Source: Bryobacterales bacterium
Lineage (GTDB): Bacteria > Acidobacteriota > Terriglobia > Bryobacterales > UBA6623
Direction: 5' to 3'
NCBI GenBank assembly: GCA_963422305.1
Contig: OY729422.1
Coordinates: 4,267,985-4,331,984 of the forward strand
DNA: 64,000 nucleotides
Position numbers and translations under genes: made by a program. The notes beneath the pieces were generated by a model that worked only from the letters and a program-made list of their open reading frames with translations, ran no database searches and was not told the origin of the DNA. Shown here piece after piece: positions 1 through 10,899 of the stretch; positions within the stretch are counted from its first letter, which is position 1, and each line of letters starts with the position of its first letter.

Positions 1-203
1 GGCGCCTTTGGATTCGGCTTCGCCGAAACCCGAACCTACACGGGAAACGACGGACGCGAAGAGCAACCGACCTAGGCGCCAAAGACTGCCGCCATGACAA
101 CGAAGCGCAGCGCAAGCAGCGCCGACATAGCCCCTTATGTTTTTCCAGATTTTATCGCGTTTGACTTGATGCGAATTTTAACGGCGGAGCCGACGCGCAC
201 CTG

Positions 204-1787
204 CTATCTTTCGGATTTGGCGTGACCGACCGCATGCTTGTCGCGGCTGCGCGCGACGGTTCGCTCTTCGTCTGACAAAGTAACGTTGTAAGTCGCCCCG
301 AAACCTTCGACCTGTCGATAGGGATATGCTTGCCAAGGGTCCTCGCCCCGGATTCGCAGATCGTTCGTTTCCCGTAAGTAACTTTCCAGCCGCGTCCATA
401 GCCGGCGTTTGACGTCGGCGTATTCCAGGTCGTCCGCCAAGTTCGTGATCTGATGTGGATCTGCGTTACAGTCGTAGATCTCTTCCAGCGGACGTTTCCC
501 GAAACCCATTTGAAATTCGCGCGGAAAGTCGAGCCGCGTGCCTTCGCGCAGCATGAAGTTCTTGAAAGGTCCGTCGTCGATATCGCCGTGCGGGGTTTTG
601 TTCGACGAAATGAACTCCGGTCCGCCCGTCGGCCAACGGTTCGGCTCGAAGTTGCGGATGTAGAGGAAATCATGCGTCCGAATGGCGCGAATCGGATATG
701 TCGCTCCATTTTCGCGGCAATAGGTATGGCGTTCGAGACCTGTGACGATGTGGTCGCGCGTGTCCACAACCCGTCCGGACCGGTTCGTCTCCAGCAACGG
801 CAGAAGGCTTTTTCCGCTTTGCTCTACAATCGGGTCGAGCCCAGCGGCATCCAGGAAGGTCGGAGCAAAATCGATATGACCGATAAAGTCATCGATAACC
901 CGCCCCCCGGGAGCACGGTTCCCCCAACGCATTGCCGTTGGCATGCGCACGCCGCTGTCGTAAAGCGTGGTCTTGGTCCGCGAGAAAGGCATGCCGTTGT
1001 CGGAGGTGACGACAATCAGAGTATTTTCGAGCTCGCCAATCTCCTCCAGCATTGCCGTCATGCGCCCAAGATGCCTGTCGAAGTGCTCGATTTCGTAGTA
1101 GTAATCGAGAATCTCCGAGCGCACTTCGGGCGCGTCGGGCAAGTACGGCGGCACCGGAACGTCGGCCATGCTCAAACCGCTGCGTTGGCCGATTCCGACT
1201 TCGTAGTCTCGGTGCGGCTCCGTGCAGCCAAACCAGAAAAAGAAGGGGGCGCCGACGGGCCGCTCTGTAAGGAAGTCTGCGAAATTCTCTGCGTAGTCGC
1301 GGGTATCGATCCCATGTGCAGGATCCGGCTCCGCGCGGCTGTCATACTCCTTGCCGATTGGATGGCGGCTTAGACCGCCTGCTCGCCAGTCCCCCGGCGC
1401 CCAAGGCTTGCCGACGAACCCGACATGATATCCGGCATCCGCCAGTCGGTGAGTAAATAGAGGATTCTCCTGGTGCAGCGTTCCATAGAGAATACCCGCC
1501 TCGCCGATTTCCCAAATTTGCCGCCCTGTCAGCACAGCCGACCGCGACGGCGTGCAAGATGGACACGCCGTGTACGACTGCGTGAACAAGACGCCCTCAC
1601 GCGCGACCCGGTCGAACGCCGGTGTCCGCACGACCGGGTCGCCGTAAGAGCTTGTATGCATGTAGGACTGGTCGTCGGAAATAGCGAATAGAATATTGGG
1701 TCGTTTCCCCGCGGCCGGCTTGTTCTCCGCCCCACAGCCCGCGGCAGCAACGCCAACGCCCCCGAATAAGAGTTCCCGACGAGTCAT
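204..1787 (-). CDS. Sulfatase (N-sulfoglucosamine sulfohydrolase-like), Tat/lipoprotein-type signal
   Basis: PNILFAISDD start, formylglycine motif CTPSR, GYHVGFVGK, SDNG. Start placed at MTRRELLFGG...AAAGC (twin-Arg plus lipobox-like Cys); ORF track starts at 1847. Confidence 0.9.
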   Translation of the reverse strand: MTRRELLFGGVGVAAAGCGAENKPAAGKRPNILFAISDDQSYMHTSSYGDPVVRTPAFDRVAREGVLFTQSYTACPSCTPSRSAVLTGRQIWEIGEAGILYGTLHQENPLFTHRLADAGYHVGFVGKPWAPGDWRAGGLSRHPIGKEYDSRAEPDPAHGIDTRDYAENFADFLTERPVGAPFFFWFGCTEPHRDYEVGIGQRSGLSMADVPVPPYLPDAPEVRSEILDYYYEIEHFDRHLGRMTAMLEEIGELENTLIVVTSDNGMPFSRTKTTLYDSGVRMPTAMRWGNRAPGGRVIDDFIGHIDFAPTFLDAAGLDPIVEQSGKSLLPLLETNRSGRVVDTRDHIVTGLERHTYCRENGATYPIRAIRTHDFLYIRNFEPNRWPTGGPEFISSNKTPHGDIDDGPFKNFMLREGTRLDFPREFQMGFGKRPLEEIYDCNADPHQITNLADDLEYADVKRRLWTRLESYLRETNDLRIRGEDPWQAYPYRQVEGFGATYNVTLSDEERTVARSRDKHAVGHAKSER

Positions 1788-2098
1788 AAGCCCCGTCAGG
1801 CTACCACAGAACCGGCATACGGACGTACCGGGAGCACTGTAATGCAATACACGCCAACAACACCGATGTGCGCCCGCCTTTAGAGCATCGGCAGAAATCA
1901 GCGGCGGCAGGCTGTAGGGCGCAGCGTGTGCGCCTATGCAAAAACTGCCCGTTCAGCTTCTGTAACAAACACCGCGACAGCCGGTTCGTTTCGCGGCCCT
2001 GTTCTGCCGCCCCAAACTCGATTCAGGCTCATCTTGTGTTGGAAAAGACGCCGTAAACGCTGCACGCATTCCGCTGCGGAATATGGCAATCGACAAAT

Positions 2099-2698
2099 TC
2101 AAGTCTCTACCCTGAAGGTCCGGCCCGCCTTGACGGGCTTGGGCGCCAACAACTCGGCCATCGTGTAGATGGCGGCGAAGCCGCAGCCTATGGCCTCGAT
2201 GGCTTGCCTGCCGCCTTGTTCGCGGTCGACGACGCATGCGACGCCCAGCACGTTCATGCCGGCACTTTTAGCGCGCTCGATCGCCGTGATGGTGGAGCCG
2301 CCCGTCGTGCAAACATCGTCCAGAATCACGCAATCGACACCCGCAACCTCCGCCAAACCCTCGAGATATCGTTCGCGTCCATGTTTTTTAGCCTCCTTGC
2401 GGATCAGGAAGCCGTTCATCTCGCAGTTGGATTCCAAGGACTCCCGCGCCAGGGCGCAGACCACCGGATCCGCCCCCATCGTGAGACCCCCCACGGCCCG
2501 CGGGCGCCAGCCTTTTTCGCGGATCTCGGCGAGCAGCAAGCGGCCGATGAGCGGCATAGCCTCCGCGCGGAGCGTCGTGAGGCGGCAGTCCACATAGATA
2601 TCGCTTTTCTTCCCTGACGTGAGCGTGAACTCTCCCCGCATCACCGAGCGCGCACGAAGAATTTCCTTGAGACGGCTGCGGTCATCGAGACGGTCCAT
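2099..2698 (-). CDS. pyrE: Orotate phosphoribosyltransferase
   Basis: FTLTSGKKSDIYVD, RKEAKKHG flexible loop, PRPP-binding ILDDVCTTGGS. Confidence 0.95.
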   Translation of the reverse strand: MDRLDDRSRLKEILRARSVMRGEFTLTSGKKSDIYVDCRLTTLRAEAMPLIGRLLLAEIREKGWRPRAVGGLTMGADPVVCALARESLESNCEMNGFLIRKEAKKHGRERYLEGLAEVAGVDCVILDDVCTTGGSTITAIERAKSAGMNVLGVACVVDREQGGRQAIEAIGCGFAAIYTMAELLAPKPVKAGRTFRVET

Positions 2699-2756
2699 CT
2701 TGACACAAGCTTGCCATGAGAAAGCGGCAGCTTGTCAACTGGGAACCGAAGCTAGG

Positions 2757-5700
2757 TCAAGGCAGTCGTGTTTTGTACAAGAAATCCGAGCCGACAAGAC
2801 CGTTTTCGTCGCGTGTCACGATAAATGACCAGCGTCGATCGGGCGTCCATTCAACACGCAGTACCTGCTGCTGCGCCGAAGACAGGTCATAGCTGTAAGT
2901 CAGCGTTAAGTCGTCGGCGATCTGCTGCTCGGTCGAAATGCGCGCACTCGGGTTGGCTTCGGGACCGCCGATCTGCGGGTCCACTTTGAGCCGGCTGACG
3001 CCGAAGAACCGCTGCAGTCGCTGCGAAACCGGACGTGTCAGCGTTGACGCCAATAAATTGTTCGCGCCGGTCTGAATCAGCGATTGCTGCTCGACGCGCT
3101 GCTGCGACGCCAAGCTGGGATCGACTGTTGGCGCACGGCCGACCGCCACAAGATTGACGAGGTCGTTGAATGGCAGTGGCGGGTCGGAGCGGTAGTTCAG
3201 GTTAAGCCTGCGCAGCGGCCCGGAAAGCACCAGTACTAGATCGACGCCGCGAATGCGGGATTCCATCTCTACATTCAGAACCGGTTCGATGCGGAATGGG
3301 TTCACGAAGCTGACATCGCCGCGGTTGACGTGATAACGCGTGCCGAGCATCTGAATCGTTCCCTGCGTGATGCCGATGCTACCGAGCAGGGACGGCCTCG
3401 CGCCGGTGCCCACGACCTTCAAGTCGAGCTCCGCCTCGACATTCCTGACCAGCGAGGTTTCGACCGCAAGATTCGGAACAGAGGACACCTGTACATTAAG
3501 CTGAACATTCTGCAGCGTCGATCCCGCAGCTTGGGTGTAGACCGGTTGGCGGAATGACGCAAAGATATCGCCAAAAGTCAGATTCTTCGTCGCCGCCAGA
3601 CGGGACACCAGCACTTCACCGTTGAGGACCGCGTAATCCCCCGTCCCGGCGAGCGTCAAATGCCCGTTGAAAAAGCTGCCGATATGTGCCGGATAGCGCA
3701 AGCGCACGCGGTCGGCTACAGCCTGCAAACGGTATTCCGGTCCGTCGGCGCTGAAAATCGTGACGCCCGACAAGCGCAGAGAGCCGCCACCCGATGCCGC
3801 CGTCAACTCATCGATTTTCATCTGCCGGCCGGCGAAGTCGATTTTGCCGTTGATAGCACTCAGACCGTTCGGAAACTCCGCCAGGCGCAGCGTCCCGTCT
3901 GCAACCGTCATCAACCCTTCGATTTCGATATCGTTGACCGTGCCGCCGATTTTGATGTTCAGATTCGCGGCCCCGGACGCTTCGATATCGGGATCGAAGC
4001 TTTCCAGCAAAATCAGGTTGAACCGCCCGTCGACAGTGACAGCGACGGCGCGCTCGCCGTCGAGAGCGATCGTGCCGTCGATCCCGATGTCGGTACCGCT
4101 TCCATTGAGGTTCATCGAATCGAGACGGACGATGCCGCCGCCATAGTTCCAACGCATCGGAAAAAGGTTCGAGACACGGTATCCGGCCGCCACTGAACCG
4201 ATGCCCGAAACGCCTGCTTCGAAGCGTTCGATCGTGCCGCTGAGACGAAATTTCTCCGGCGCGCCGAGCTCTCCGGCGTATTCCGCCTGTCCGTCGATTC
4301 GTCCCTCGATTTGGCTCAACGGGAGATCGAGCAACTTGGCTACCGCCTGCGTCTCGAAGTTTTCGAAGCGGAACGCTCCGTTGTAGCCGGCTCCTCCGGT
4401 GGATGCCAGCACGCTTTCTCCGCTTGCTTCGCCTCCGAACATCTTTGCCAGCCACTCCATATGAATTTGGTTTTGGATCGTGCGAATGACTCCCGTCCAC
4501 GAACCTAGTTCCCGGTCCGCATGACGCAGGTCGGAAACACCCCAGTTTCCGTTCAGGGTCAGAGAACGCAGCAGCTCGTGGTCCGTCCCTTGCCTGCCCC
4601 CACCTTTCAAGTCGAATCTCGCCGTCCCCGTCAGCGGAGTCCGCCGCCCGCGCAAGAATGTGAACTCTTCGAGCGGCCAGTCCGAACCGTCGAGCGAAAA
4701 CTCGAACTCCTTATTGTCCGGAGCAAAGGCCGCGCTTGCGCGCAATCCGGCATCTCCGCGGACAAGCAGCGCATCACGCAGCACAAAACCGTTCTCGCCG
4801 TAGGAGACGTCCGCCGTAAGACGGTCGAATCGCTCTCCGGCAATTGCGACGTTCGCCAAGGCGATGCCGCCTGTCAGTTCCGGCGCCGTTAGGGATCCCG
4901 CCGCGGCCCAATGCGCCGTCAAGACGCCCTCAACGGGAAACTCGAACTCGAAGGCTGCAGCCGTCTTGCGGACATCCAATCCTTTCACGGAAACGGCCGC
5001 TTGCAAACCGCCGATTTTGGTGAAAGGCAAGCGGCCGTTCATTTCGACCGTTCCCTCGCCGTCGGACAATCTGGCCGAGCGGACGGTTGCGCCCGTCATG
5101 GTGACGCGGGCATCGGCAGAGACGCTTTCCCAGCGTTGCCCGCCGATCGAAAAATCCCGGGCGAACAGCTTGCCGTCGAAAGCCCAGCCGGCGGCGGACG
5201 GCAGGGATCCGGTCAGACGTCCATCAAGACTCATCTCGCCGCCACCTTCCAAATTCGGAGTTGGGGTTTCGACTCCCATCGACTGTAGAATCGAGTCGAA
5301 CTCGTCCAGCGCGGTCATCCGCGCCCGCACTGCAAGCGTGGTTCGTCCCGAGACATCCAAAGAACCCGACAAATCAACGGTAGAGCTAGGCGATCGGAAT
5401 CGAACTGCGGGAATTTCGAGCTGTGACGAAGCGCCGTCGTAGTGCATCTCACCCTGCCCCCGGAGTGGAAAAAATCCAGCTGTGGGCAGCGGTTCGATGT
5501 CGAAACGTATGTGAGCGGCAAGATCGGAGAGGGAAGCGCCACCGGCTTCGAACTTGCCGTGGATCGACCCGTTCCAGGGCAGAGAGCCGGCGCCTGCGAT
5601 TTCCGCCAGCCGGGAAACCGAAAAGCCCGCCGCCGTGCCTGCAAACACAAACAGCGGAGTCGTCGTGAGTGCGAAAATGCGAGCCTCGCCTGCAAGCTCG

Positions 5701-6746
5701 CCATCGAGCACCGCGAACCGGATGTCCGGCATCGTGACCTGCTCGCAGTTGCCGTTGTAGCGCGAGCGGCCTTCTAAAGTTTCTTCCGACCCGCTGAAGC
5801 CGACCTCGTCGAATACGATGTCTCCGGAATACGAGACGCAGGGAGACTCGGATTGCCATTCGATTCCGCCATCCATCTTCAAGCTGCCGTCGATCTGCGG
5901 ATTCTCGATGGCGCGCGCGCGCGCCAGATTGCCGATATGTGCGCTCACCCGGTAGTCGGCCGTGAATCGGGGCTTTCGGAAATCGGAAAGCGTTCCTGAC
6001 GCTTCGACTCTAACCGCGTCACCGGCCGCCTCGAAGCGCGTCAACTCGATGCCGGAGCCGCCCAGGACCGCTTCGACTGTAAGCGATGTCGGCATACCGC
6101 GCAGCGCCGGGACGTTCCAGTCGAGATCACCGACTTCCAAGCGGATTGCGTATTCGGGAGCATTCGACCTCCATGCCGTCTCAAGAGTCATGTCGGACGC
6201 CTGCACGGCGGCCTCGTACGGCCGCCCGTTCCATTCGAGCATTCCGTCATCGATGCGGAAATCCTTGACGGCAAGATCGAGCAACGCCTGCGCGGAAGGC
6301 AACTCTCCCGCGGGAGTGTCGGGGGGGAGACGCGGAGACGGAACGTTCGTCGAGCCGTCGTCGAAAACCATAATCGATACGCGCGGCTCAGCCACGTGCA
6401 AGCGTTCGAGCGAAATCCATCGGCCGAGGAACGACTCGACCCGGATTTTCAATGCGACGTGCCGAATCGACAGCAGCGGAGGGACTTCGTCCGCCTCCTT
6501 GCCGCGCAGCTCGATTCCTTCGGCAACGAACGCGAAACGGTCGCGACCGAAACCGAACCGGTCGATCGACGCCGTGCCGCCGGTTGCCGCTTCGAGTTCC
6601 GCCTCCAGGCGCGACCGCACGGCTTCGGCGAACCAGTCGCTGCGCAGCGTCCATTCGACCGCCGCGGCCGACAGAAGAAGAGCGCCGGCGGCAACGGCGC
6701 TGCGCCGCACCCAACGATTCGCCAAGAGCGCTCGAAATTTTCTCAC
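2757..6746 (-). CDS. tamB: Translocation/assembly module TamB (AsmA-like) protein
   Basis: 1329 aa, N-terminal TM anchor, long beta-taco-like body, C-terminal DUF490-like region (FVNPFRIEPVLNV, YRSDPPL); operon with an Omp85 gene. Confidence 0.85.
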   Translation of the reverse strand: MRKFRALLANRWVRRSAVAAGALLLSAAAVEWTLRSDWFAEAVRSRLEAELEAATGGTASIDRFGFGRDRFAFVAEGIELRGKEADEVPPLLSIRHVALKIRVESFLGRWISLERLHVAEPRVSIMVFDDGSTNVPSPRLPPDTPAGELPSAQALLDLAVKDFRIDDGMLEWNGRPYEAAVQASDMTLETAWRSNAPEYAIRLEVGDLDWNVPALRGMPTSLTVEAVLGGSGIELTRFEAAGDAVRVEASGTLSDFRKPRFTADYRVSAHIGNLARARAIENPQIDGSLKMDGGIEWQSESPCVSYSGDIVFDEVGFSGSEETLEGRSRYNGNCEQVTMPDIRFAVLDGELAGEARIFALTTTPLFVFAGTAAGFSVSRLAEIAGAGSLPWNGSIHGKFEAGGASLSDLAAHIRFDIEPLPTAGFFPLRGQGEMHYDGASSQLEIPAVRFRSPSSTVDLSGSLDVSGRTTLAVRARMTALDEFDSILQSMGVETPTPNLEGGGEMSLDGRLTGSLPSAAGWAFDGKLFARDFSIGGQRWESVSADARVTMTGATVRSARLSDGEGTVEMNGRLPFTKIGGLQAAVSVKGLDVRKTAAAFEFEFPVEGVLTAHWAAAGSLTAPELTGGIALANVAIAGERFDRLTADVSYGENGFVLRDALLVRGDAGLRASAAFAPDNKEFEFSLDGSDWPLEEFTFLRGRRTPLTGTARFDLKGGGRQGTDHELLRSLTLNGNWGVSDLRHADRELGSWTGVIRTIQNQIHMEWLAKMFGGEASGESVLASTGGAGYNGAFRFENFETQAVAKLLDLPLSQIEGRIDGQAEYAGELGAPEKFRLSGTIERFEAGVSGIGSVAAGYRVSNLFPMRWNYGGGIVRLDSMNLNGSGTDIGIDGTIALDGERAVAVTVDGRFNLILLESFDPDIEASGAANLNIKIGGTVNDIEIEGLMTVADGTLRLAEFPNGLSAINGKIDFAGRQMKIDELTAASGGGSLRLSGVTIFSADGPEYRLQAVADRVRLRYPAHIGSFFNGHLTLAGTGDYAVLNGEVLVSRLAATKNLTFGDIFASFRQPVYTQAAGSTLQNVQLNVQVSSVPNLAVETSLVRNVEAELDLKVVGTGARPSLLGSIGITQGTIQMLGTRYHVNRGDVSFVNPFRIEPVLNVEMESRIRGVDLVLVLSGPLRRLNLNYRSDPPLPFNDLVNLVAVGRAPTVDPSLASQQRVEQQSLIQTGANNLLASTLTRPVSQRLQRFFGVSRLKVDPQIGGPEANPSARISTEQQIADDLTLTYSYDLSSAQQQVLRVEWTPDRRWSFIVTRDENGLVGSDFLYKTRLP

Positions 6747-7432
6747 CGCGGCGCCCTCAACTCAGGCGCAAGAATCTCCACTCTCATCAACGCGCGCAAT
6801 TCCCTGACCCGTTCTTCGAGCAAGCGGTCAGCTTGAAGCTCGATCAGGAACTGTTCAATACGCTCGGAAACTTCGGGCAGCGGCTCGGGCGTGCCCACAA
6901 GCCGCCGTTGTTGCGGGGCGTAAACGGTCTCGTAGTAGTCTTCGATCTCCTCATCGGCGGCGTCGAGTCCGGTCTTGAACCGAAACGCAACATAGCGCTC
7001 AAAACCGATCTGCTCGGAAAGAAAATCGCGGCACTCCGGCGCGGTCAGGCGGTAGTGGCGGAGAGCCGCCGGGAAGTCCATCCCCTCGGCGAAGCGCATC
7101 GCGCGCAACTCCCGCATGCGCTCTTCGACTTCCCGCGGGTCGGCAATGAGAAAATTCGCCTGATCGAGATCCTGGCGAAGCAGCCGGCGCTCGATCAGGC
7201 GCTGCAACGCCCTGCGGCGACCGGCGACGGACGCATCCGCCTCGGTTGCATTGAACAATCCCACAAGCCGGATCTCGCGGTCGATCTCCGAATGCGTCAC
7301 GGCCTTCAACCCGACCTTTGCCGCGACCCCGTCGATAATTTCGGCGTGCATGCCCATAGCGGCCGGCAGCACCGCTCCGATTGCGGCCCTGCGCCCCCAT
7401 CGCTGCAATCTGCTGTTGAAACCGCGGCGCAT
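6743..7432 (-). CDS. SurA N-terminal-domain chaperone-like protein
   Basis: Signal peptide then EIIDGVAAKVG..VTHSEI..LQRLIERRLL, ends LRALMRVEIL, typical of SurA_N; no parvulin domain seen. Confidence 0.75.
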   Translation of the reverse strand: MRRGFNSRLQRWGRRAAIGAVLPAAMGMHAEIIDGVAAKVGLKAVTHSEIDREIRLVGLFNATEADASVAGRRRALQRLIERRLLRQDLDQANFLIADPREVEERMRELRAMRFAEGMDFPAALRHYRLTAPECRDFLSEQIGFERYVAFRFKTGLDAADEEIEDYYETVYAPQQRRLVGTPEPLPEVSERIEQFLIELQADRLLEERVRELRALMRVEILAPELRAPR

Positions 7433-7434
7433 AT

Positions 7435-10422
7435 CTAAAATGTCTGCCCCAGTGAGAAATGAAACTGCAGCGAGTTGATGCGCTGCTCGCGGAACGCGCC
7501 GGCGCCGCTGAGCAACTCGGGCCGCGTCCCTTCGAACCCAACGAAACGAGGCGGATTCACGCTGTATGCCAGATCCATGCGCACCGGTCCAATAGGAGTA
7601 CGGTAGCGAATCCCGAAGCCTACCGCATGAACCATATAGTCGAAGTCGAATTGCTCAACGCCGTTTTTGACGACGCGCACCCCTTGAGCGCCGCGCAGGC
7701 TGATGCGGCCCGGGCGGGAATAAACATTGCCTGCATCATGAAACAAGACGCCGCCGATGTTGACCCCGATCAATGGGAACCGCAACTCCACACTATTGAG
7801 AAACTGCGACCCGCCGCCGATGGGAAACCCTGTTGCCGGATCTCGCGGACCGGCTTGGTTGAACGGGAAACCGCGGTGCGAGTTTGCGCCGCCGGCAAAG
7901 TAGCGCTCGGAAATCGGAATGCGGGGATCGGGTCTGGAGGCAAACGTCCCGGCGGCCGCGCCTCTGACAGGGTTATCGGCCCAAGGCAAATTCATGCCGA
8001 GCTGGGCCGTGCGGGCCAAGACGGCGCGGCGGCCGATACGGTGATACGTGCTGTTCTGCACAAGGGCGCGAAAAAAATCAGGCTGCGATCCCCACAGACC
8101 GGAAGCCAAGCTTAAATCGAGCGTGTTGTACACTCCCTTGATCGAATCTACAGGATTATCGCGGCGGTCCTCGATGTAGGTCGCCGACAGCAGCCCGACT
8201 CGCACGGGTTGCGAAATCAGCGGCACCAGCAACGGCTCGATGTACAACGTATTCTCGTCGATCGCCGTTCGCCGGTAGGCGTAGCGGTAAAGCACGGTCG
8301 TGGCGCGGTTGAGTTTCTGGGTGAATTGCAGAGACCCCTCGATCCGCCTGCCGGTAAACGTGTTGACATTTCGAGAAGTGTCGAGCAAGCCGCTGAACGT
8401 GAGCCCCCAGCGGTCGGAATCGAACCAGCGCGGTGCTTGGTAGGTGAACAGGCCGCGCTGCTGCAATGCCGAAAACCGCGTCCGGAAACTCATCGTGTGG
8501 GCTTTTCCCAACACGTTGAGCCGCGTGAGCTCCAGCGTCGCCCGCGGACTGAAGACGGCGGCTCCGACCGGATTCGTGAGCTCGGCGGTGTTGCGCCCGA
8601 TGCGCGCGAACTCCGCGCCGCCGCCGAAACCGACCGCCCAGCGCCGCGCCTCTTTCACTTGTAACAAAACGTTCTTAGCGTTTTCGACGCCGCCGGGGTT
8701 CTGCAGTGCAACATCGACCTTCGAAAAAATCCCCAAGTCGTAGAGATTCCGCTGCGTCTCGAACATCTCCGTTTGCGACAGCGGAGTGTCCGGGACGAGC
8801 GATATGCGCCGTTCGAAGACTTCCAACCGCGTGCGCTGCACGCCGGTGACGATGGGCTTACGCAGACGTATCGGCTCGCCCGCGTCGATCTGGTAGTAAA
8901 TTGTGACCCGATAAGGATTGCCGGTGGGCTCGACACGCCAATCAAAGGCCGCGTTCTGGTACCCGACGTTGTAGTACTCGGCCAGAATCAGATCGCGGTC
9001 GGTGGCGATGTTGGCTGCGCTGTACGCCTGTCCGGGCGCCGACGCGAATTGGTACAGCAGTTCGCTTCCGGAGAAGTTTTTTAGTCCGGCGGTCACAAGG
9101 CCGTCCACGATAACGGGAAACCCTTCGTCGATTTCAATAAAGACGGTCAGATGACCGGTTTCTCCTACGATGCGCTCCGCGACCCGGCCGGTTACCTCCA
9201 CATTGTGAAAACCGTTCGAAACGTACAGGTTTTCAATAGCCGCTAAGTCGTTCGCGAGCAGCGATTGATTGAACCGCCCGCGCCGCGGTCCAAACGCTCC
9301 GCGCAGCGGTTGGAAGCCGGCTTCCTCGATGCTCACGCGCTCGCGGATGGTCTCAGTATCGAAAAAGGAATGGCCGCTAATCTCGACCCGCTCCAGGCTC
9401 TGTTGTTTGCCGCGGCGGATCGTATAGACGACAACGGATTCATCCTCCCCTGAGCGTTCGACCTCGAAATCCACCTCCGCGCTGAAATAGCCCTTGGACT
9501 GAAAGAAGTCGATGAGATTGTTCCGTCCTTCGGCAAGCAAATCGTCGTCGATTATCCCTTCCTCCACAACCGGCAGGTAGCGGCGCATCTTGTCCACCGA
9601 AAGCTTGGCGCCCTCGGTGCGAACGAAGATTTTGGGTCCTGGGTCGATCCGTACCACCATCGTTAACCGGTTCTTAGCAGGGTCGTACTCCGGAGTCTGC
9701 ACATGCACTTCGATCCGCCGGTGGTTCTGCTTCCGAAAGTGCTCCTTGATCCGCGAGATGCCTTTGGGGATAAGGTCATGGCGGCAAACCGCACCCCGTC
9801 CCCACCCGCTGATCGAGCGAACCTGCTCCTCGCTCAGCGGCGGGTTCGCGCCGGCGATGAGCAAGGCGCCGATGCGGGCGCGCAAACCGGGGTTCACGGT
9901 GAATGTAATGTTGACTTGCTGCGTGCCCGCGTCTTCCACAACGGCGGACTCGACCGTCGGTTGCCGAAATCCGGATTCGGTGAGCAACCGCCGTACCGAC
10001 TGCTCGGCCAAGCCCAGTTTCTCGGTTGTGAACAATTCTCCTAGCTTCAGATCGGTTGCGTTGACGAGTTGGCTTTCCGACGGAAGCCGCGGCGCCCCCA
10101 CGACGCGCACATCTCCAATAAACCACGAAGGCTTGGTGAGAAACGTGAGCACGACTCTATCGTTCTCCCGCCGCGCATCGACTTGAATGTCGGCGTACCG
10201 GCCGGTTTCAAAAAGCGCTTCGATCGAGGCGCGCAGCTTGGCGGCATCGAGCGCCTCGCCGATTTCGACTTGAATCAGCTTTTCCAGAGACGCCGCCGAA
10301 AATGGCTGTGCCGCCGGGGCGTATTCAATGACAGCGACCGGCGCACCGAAGTAATCGGAACCGAAGATGGCTGTGGCGGACAGACCGGCGAGCGCCAAGC
10401 AGGGCAAAAGTCTTTTACGCAC
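7435..10422 (-). CDS. Omp85 family outer membrane assembly factor (BamA/TamA-like) with multiple POTRA domains
   Basis: Repeated POTRA motifs (LFETGRYADIQV, GYFSAEV, LYDLGIFSKV), barrel motifs GGANSHRGF, GIRYRTPIGPVRMD, terminal SLGQTF. Confidence 0.92.
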   Translation of the reverse strand: MRKRLLPCLALAGLSATAIFGSDYFGAPVAVIEYAPAAQPFSAASLEKLIQVEIGEALDAAKLRASIEALFETGRYADIQVDARRENDRVVLTFLTKPSWFIGDVRVVGAPRLPSESQLVNATDLKLGELFTTEKLGLAEQSVRRLLTESGFRQPTVESAVVEDAGTQQVNITFTVNPGLRARIGALLIAGANPPLSEEQVRSISGWGRGAVCRHDLIPKGISRIKEHFRKQNHRRIEVHVQTPEYDPAKNRLTMVVRIDPGPKIFVRTEGAKLSVDKMRRYLPVVEEGIIDDDLLAEGRNNLIDFFQSKGYFSAEVDFEVERSGEDESVVVYTIRRGKQQSLERVEISGHSFFDTETIRERVSIEEAGFQPLRGAFGPRRGRFNQSLLANDLAAIENLYVSNGFHNVEVTGRVAERIVGETGHLTVFIEIDEGFPVIVDGLVTAGLKNFSGSELLYQFASAPGQAYSAANIATDRDLILAEYYNVGYQNAAFDWRVEPTGNPYRVTIYYQIDAGEPIRLRKPIVTGVQRTRLEVFERRISLVPDTPLSQTEMFETQRNLYDLGIFSKVDVALQNPGGVENAKNVLLQVKEARRWAVGFGGGAEFARIGRNTAELTNPVGAAVFSPRATLELTRLNVLGKAHTMSFRTRFSALQQRGLFTYQAPRWFDSDRWGLTFSGLLDTSRNVNTFTGRRIEGSLQFTQKLNRATTVLYRYAYRRTAIDENTLYIEPLLVPLISQPVRVGLLSATYIEDRRDNPVDSIKGVYNTLDLSLASGLWGSQPDFFRALVQNSTYHRIGRRAVLARTAQLGMNLPWADNPVRGAAAGTFASRPDPRIPISERYFAGGANSHRGFPFNQAGPRDPATGFPIGGGSQFLNSVELRFPLIGVNIGGVLFHDAGNVYSRPGRISLRGAQGVRVVKNGVEQFDFDYMVHAVGFGIRYRTPIGPVRMDLAYSVNPPRFVGFEGTRPELLSGAGAFREQRINSLQFHFSLGQTF

Positions 10423-10512
10423 TGTATATCCGAAATTATAGAAGGCGGAGTTTCATCGCCGGCGTTATCGGGAAAGACGCTGCGCGCCACCCACGGCACT
10501 CCCACCACGGAA

Positions 10513-10830
10513 CTAGGTATAAGGTCCGGGTAAGAGCTGGGTAGGGTAGGGATTGAATTGGGTGGATTGTGAGCAGTAGAGGTTACAGATGGATTCGTAG
10601 GGAGTCAAGCCCTTGAGGGATTTCAGGCGGCGGGCGAAGTTGTAGGCCTTGCGCAAGGCTTCGAGGCGGCTGCGGAAGCGGTCGTGGACGCTGTAGCGGC
10701 AGCGTTGGACGGCGGCATCTTTGAGGGTGCGGTCGATGCCTTCGACTTGGCCCTTGATTCAGCAGTGGTTGGGCTGGGTCAAGTGCTGTTCGTTGCCCTG
10801 CCGGGCACGGACTTTGGCGCAGATGTGCTG
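10513..10830 (-). mobile_element. IS481-family transposase C-terminal remnant (pseudogene)
   Basis: Manual translation, not in ORF track: QHLTQPNHC*IKGQVEGIDRTLKDAAVQRCRY...AYNFARRLKSLKGLTPYESIC...LLPGPYT*. Matches the IS481 motifs HPWTNGQVERMNRT(I/L)K and AYNFARRLKTLxGLTPYE; the Trp position is TGA and the N-terminus is missing. Confidence 0.85.
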
Positions 10831-10899
10831 TCTTGCCGGCCTGAATTGTCAGGTTTCGCCGGCGCCGCTGGCTGGCTCGCTTGACCACCAGCCGGCGGC

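Noticed and set aside
1-203. Gene fragment at the window edge
   Set aside because: The obvious minus-strand ATG at 128 hits a stop after 18 codons; nothing assignable
1848-2098. Possible ncRNA or riboswitch in the pyrE-sulfatase gap
   Set aside because: No recognisable conserved motif or convincing structure
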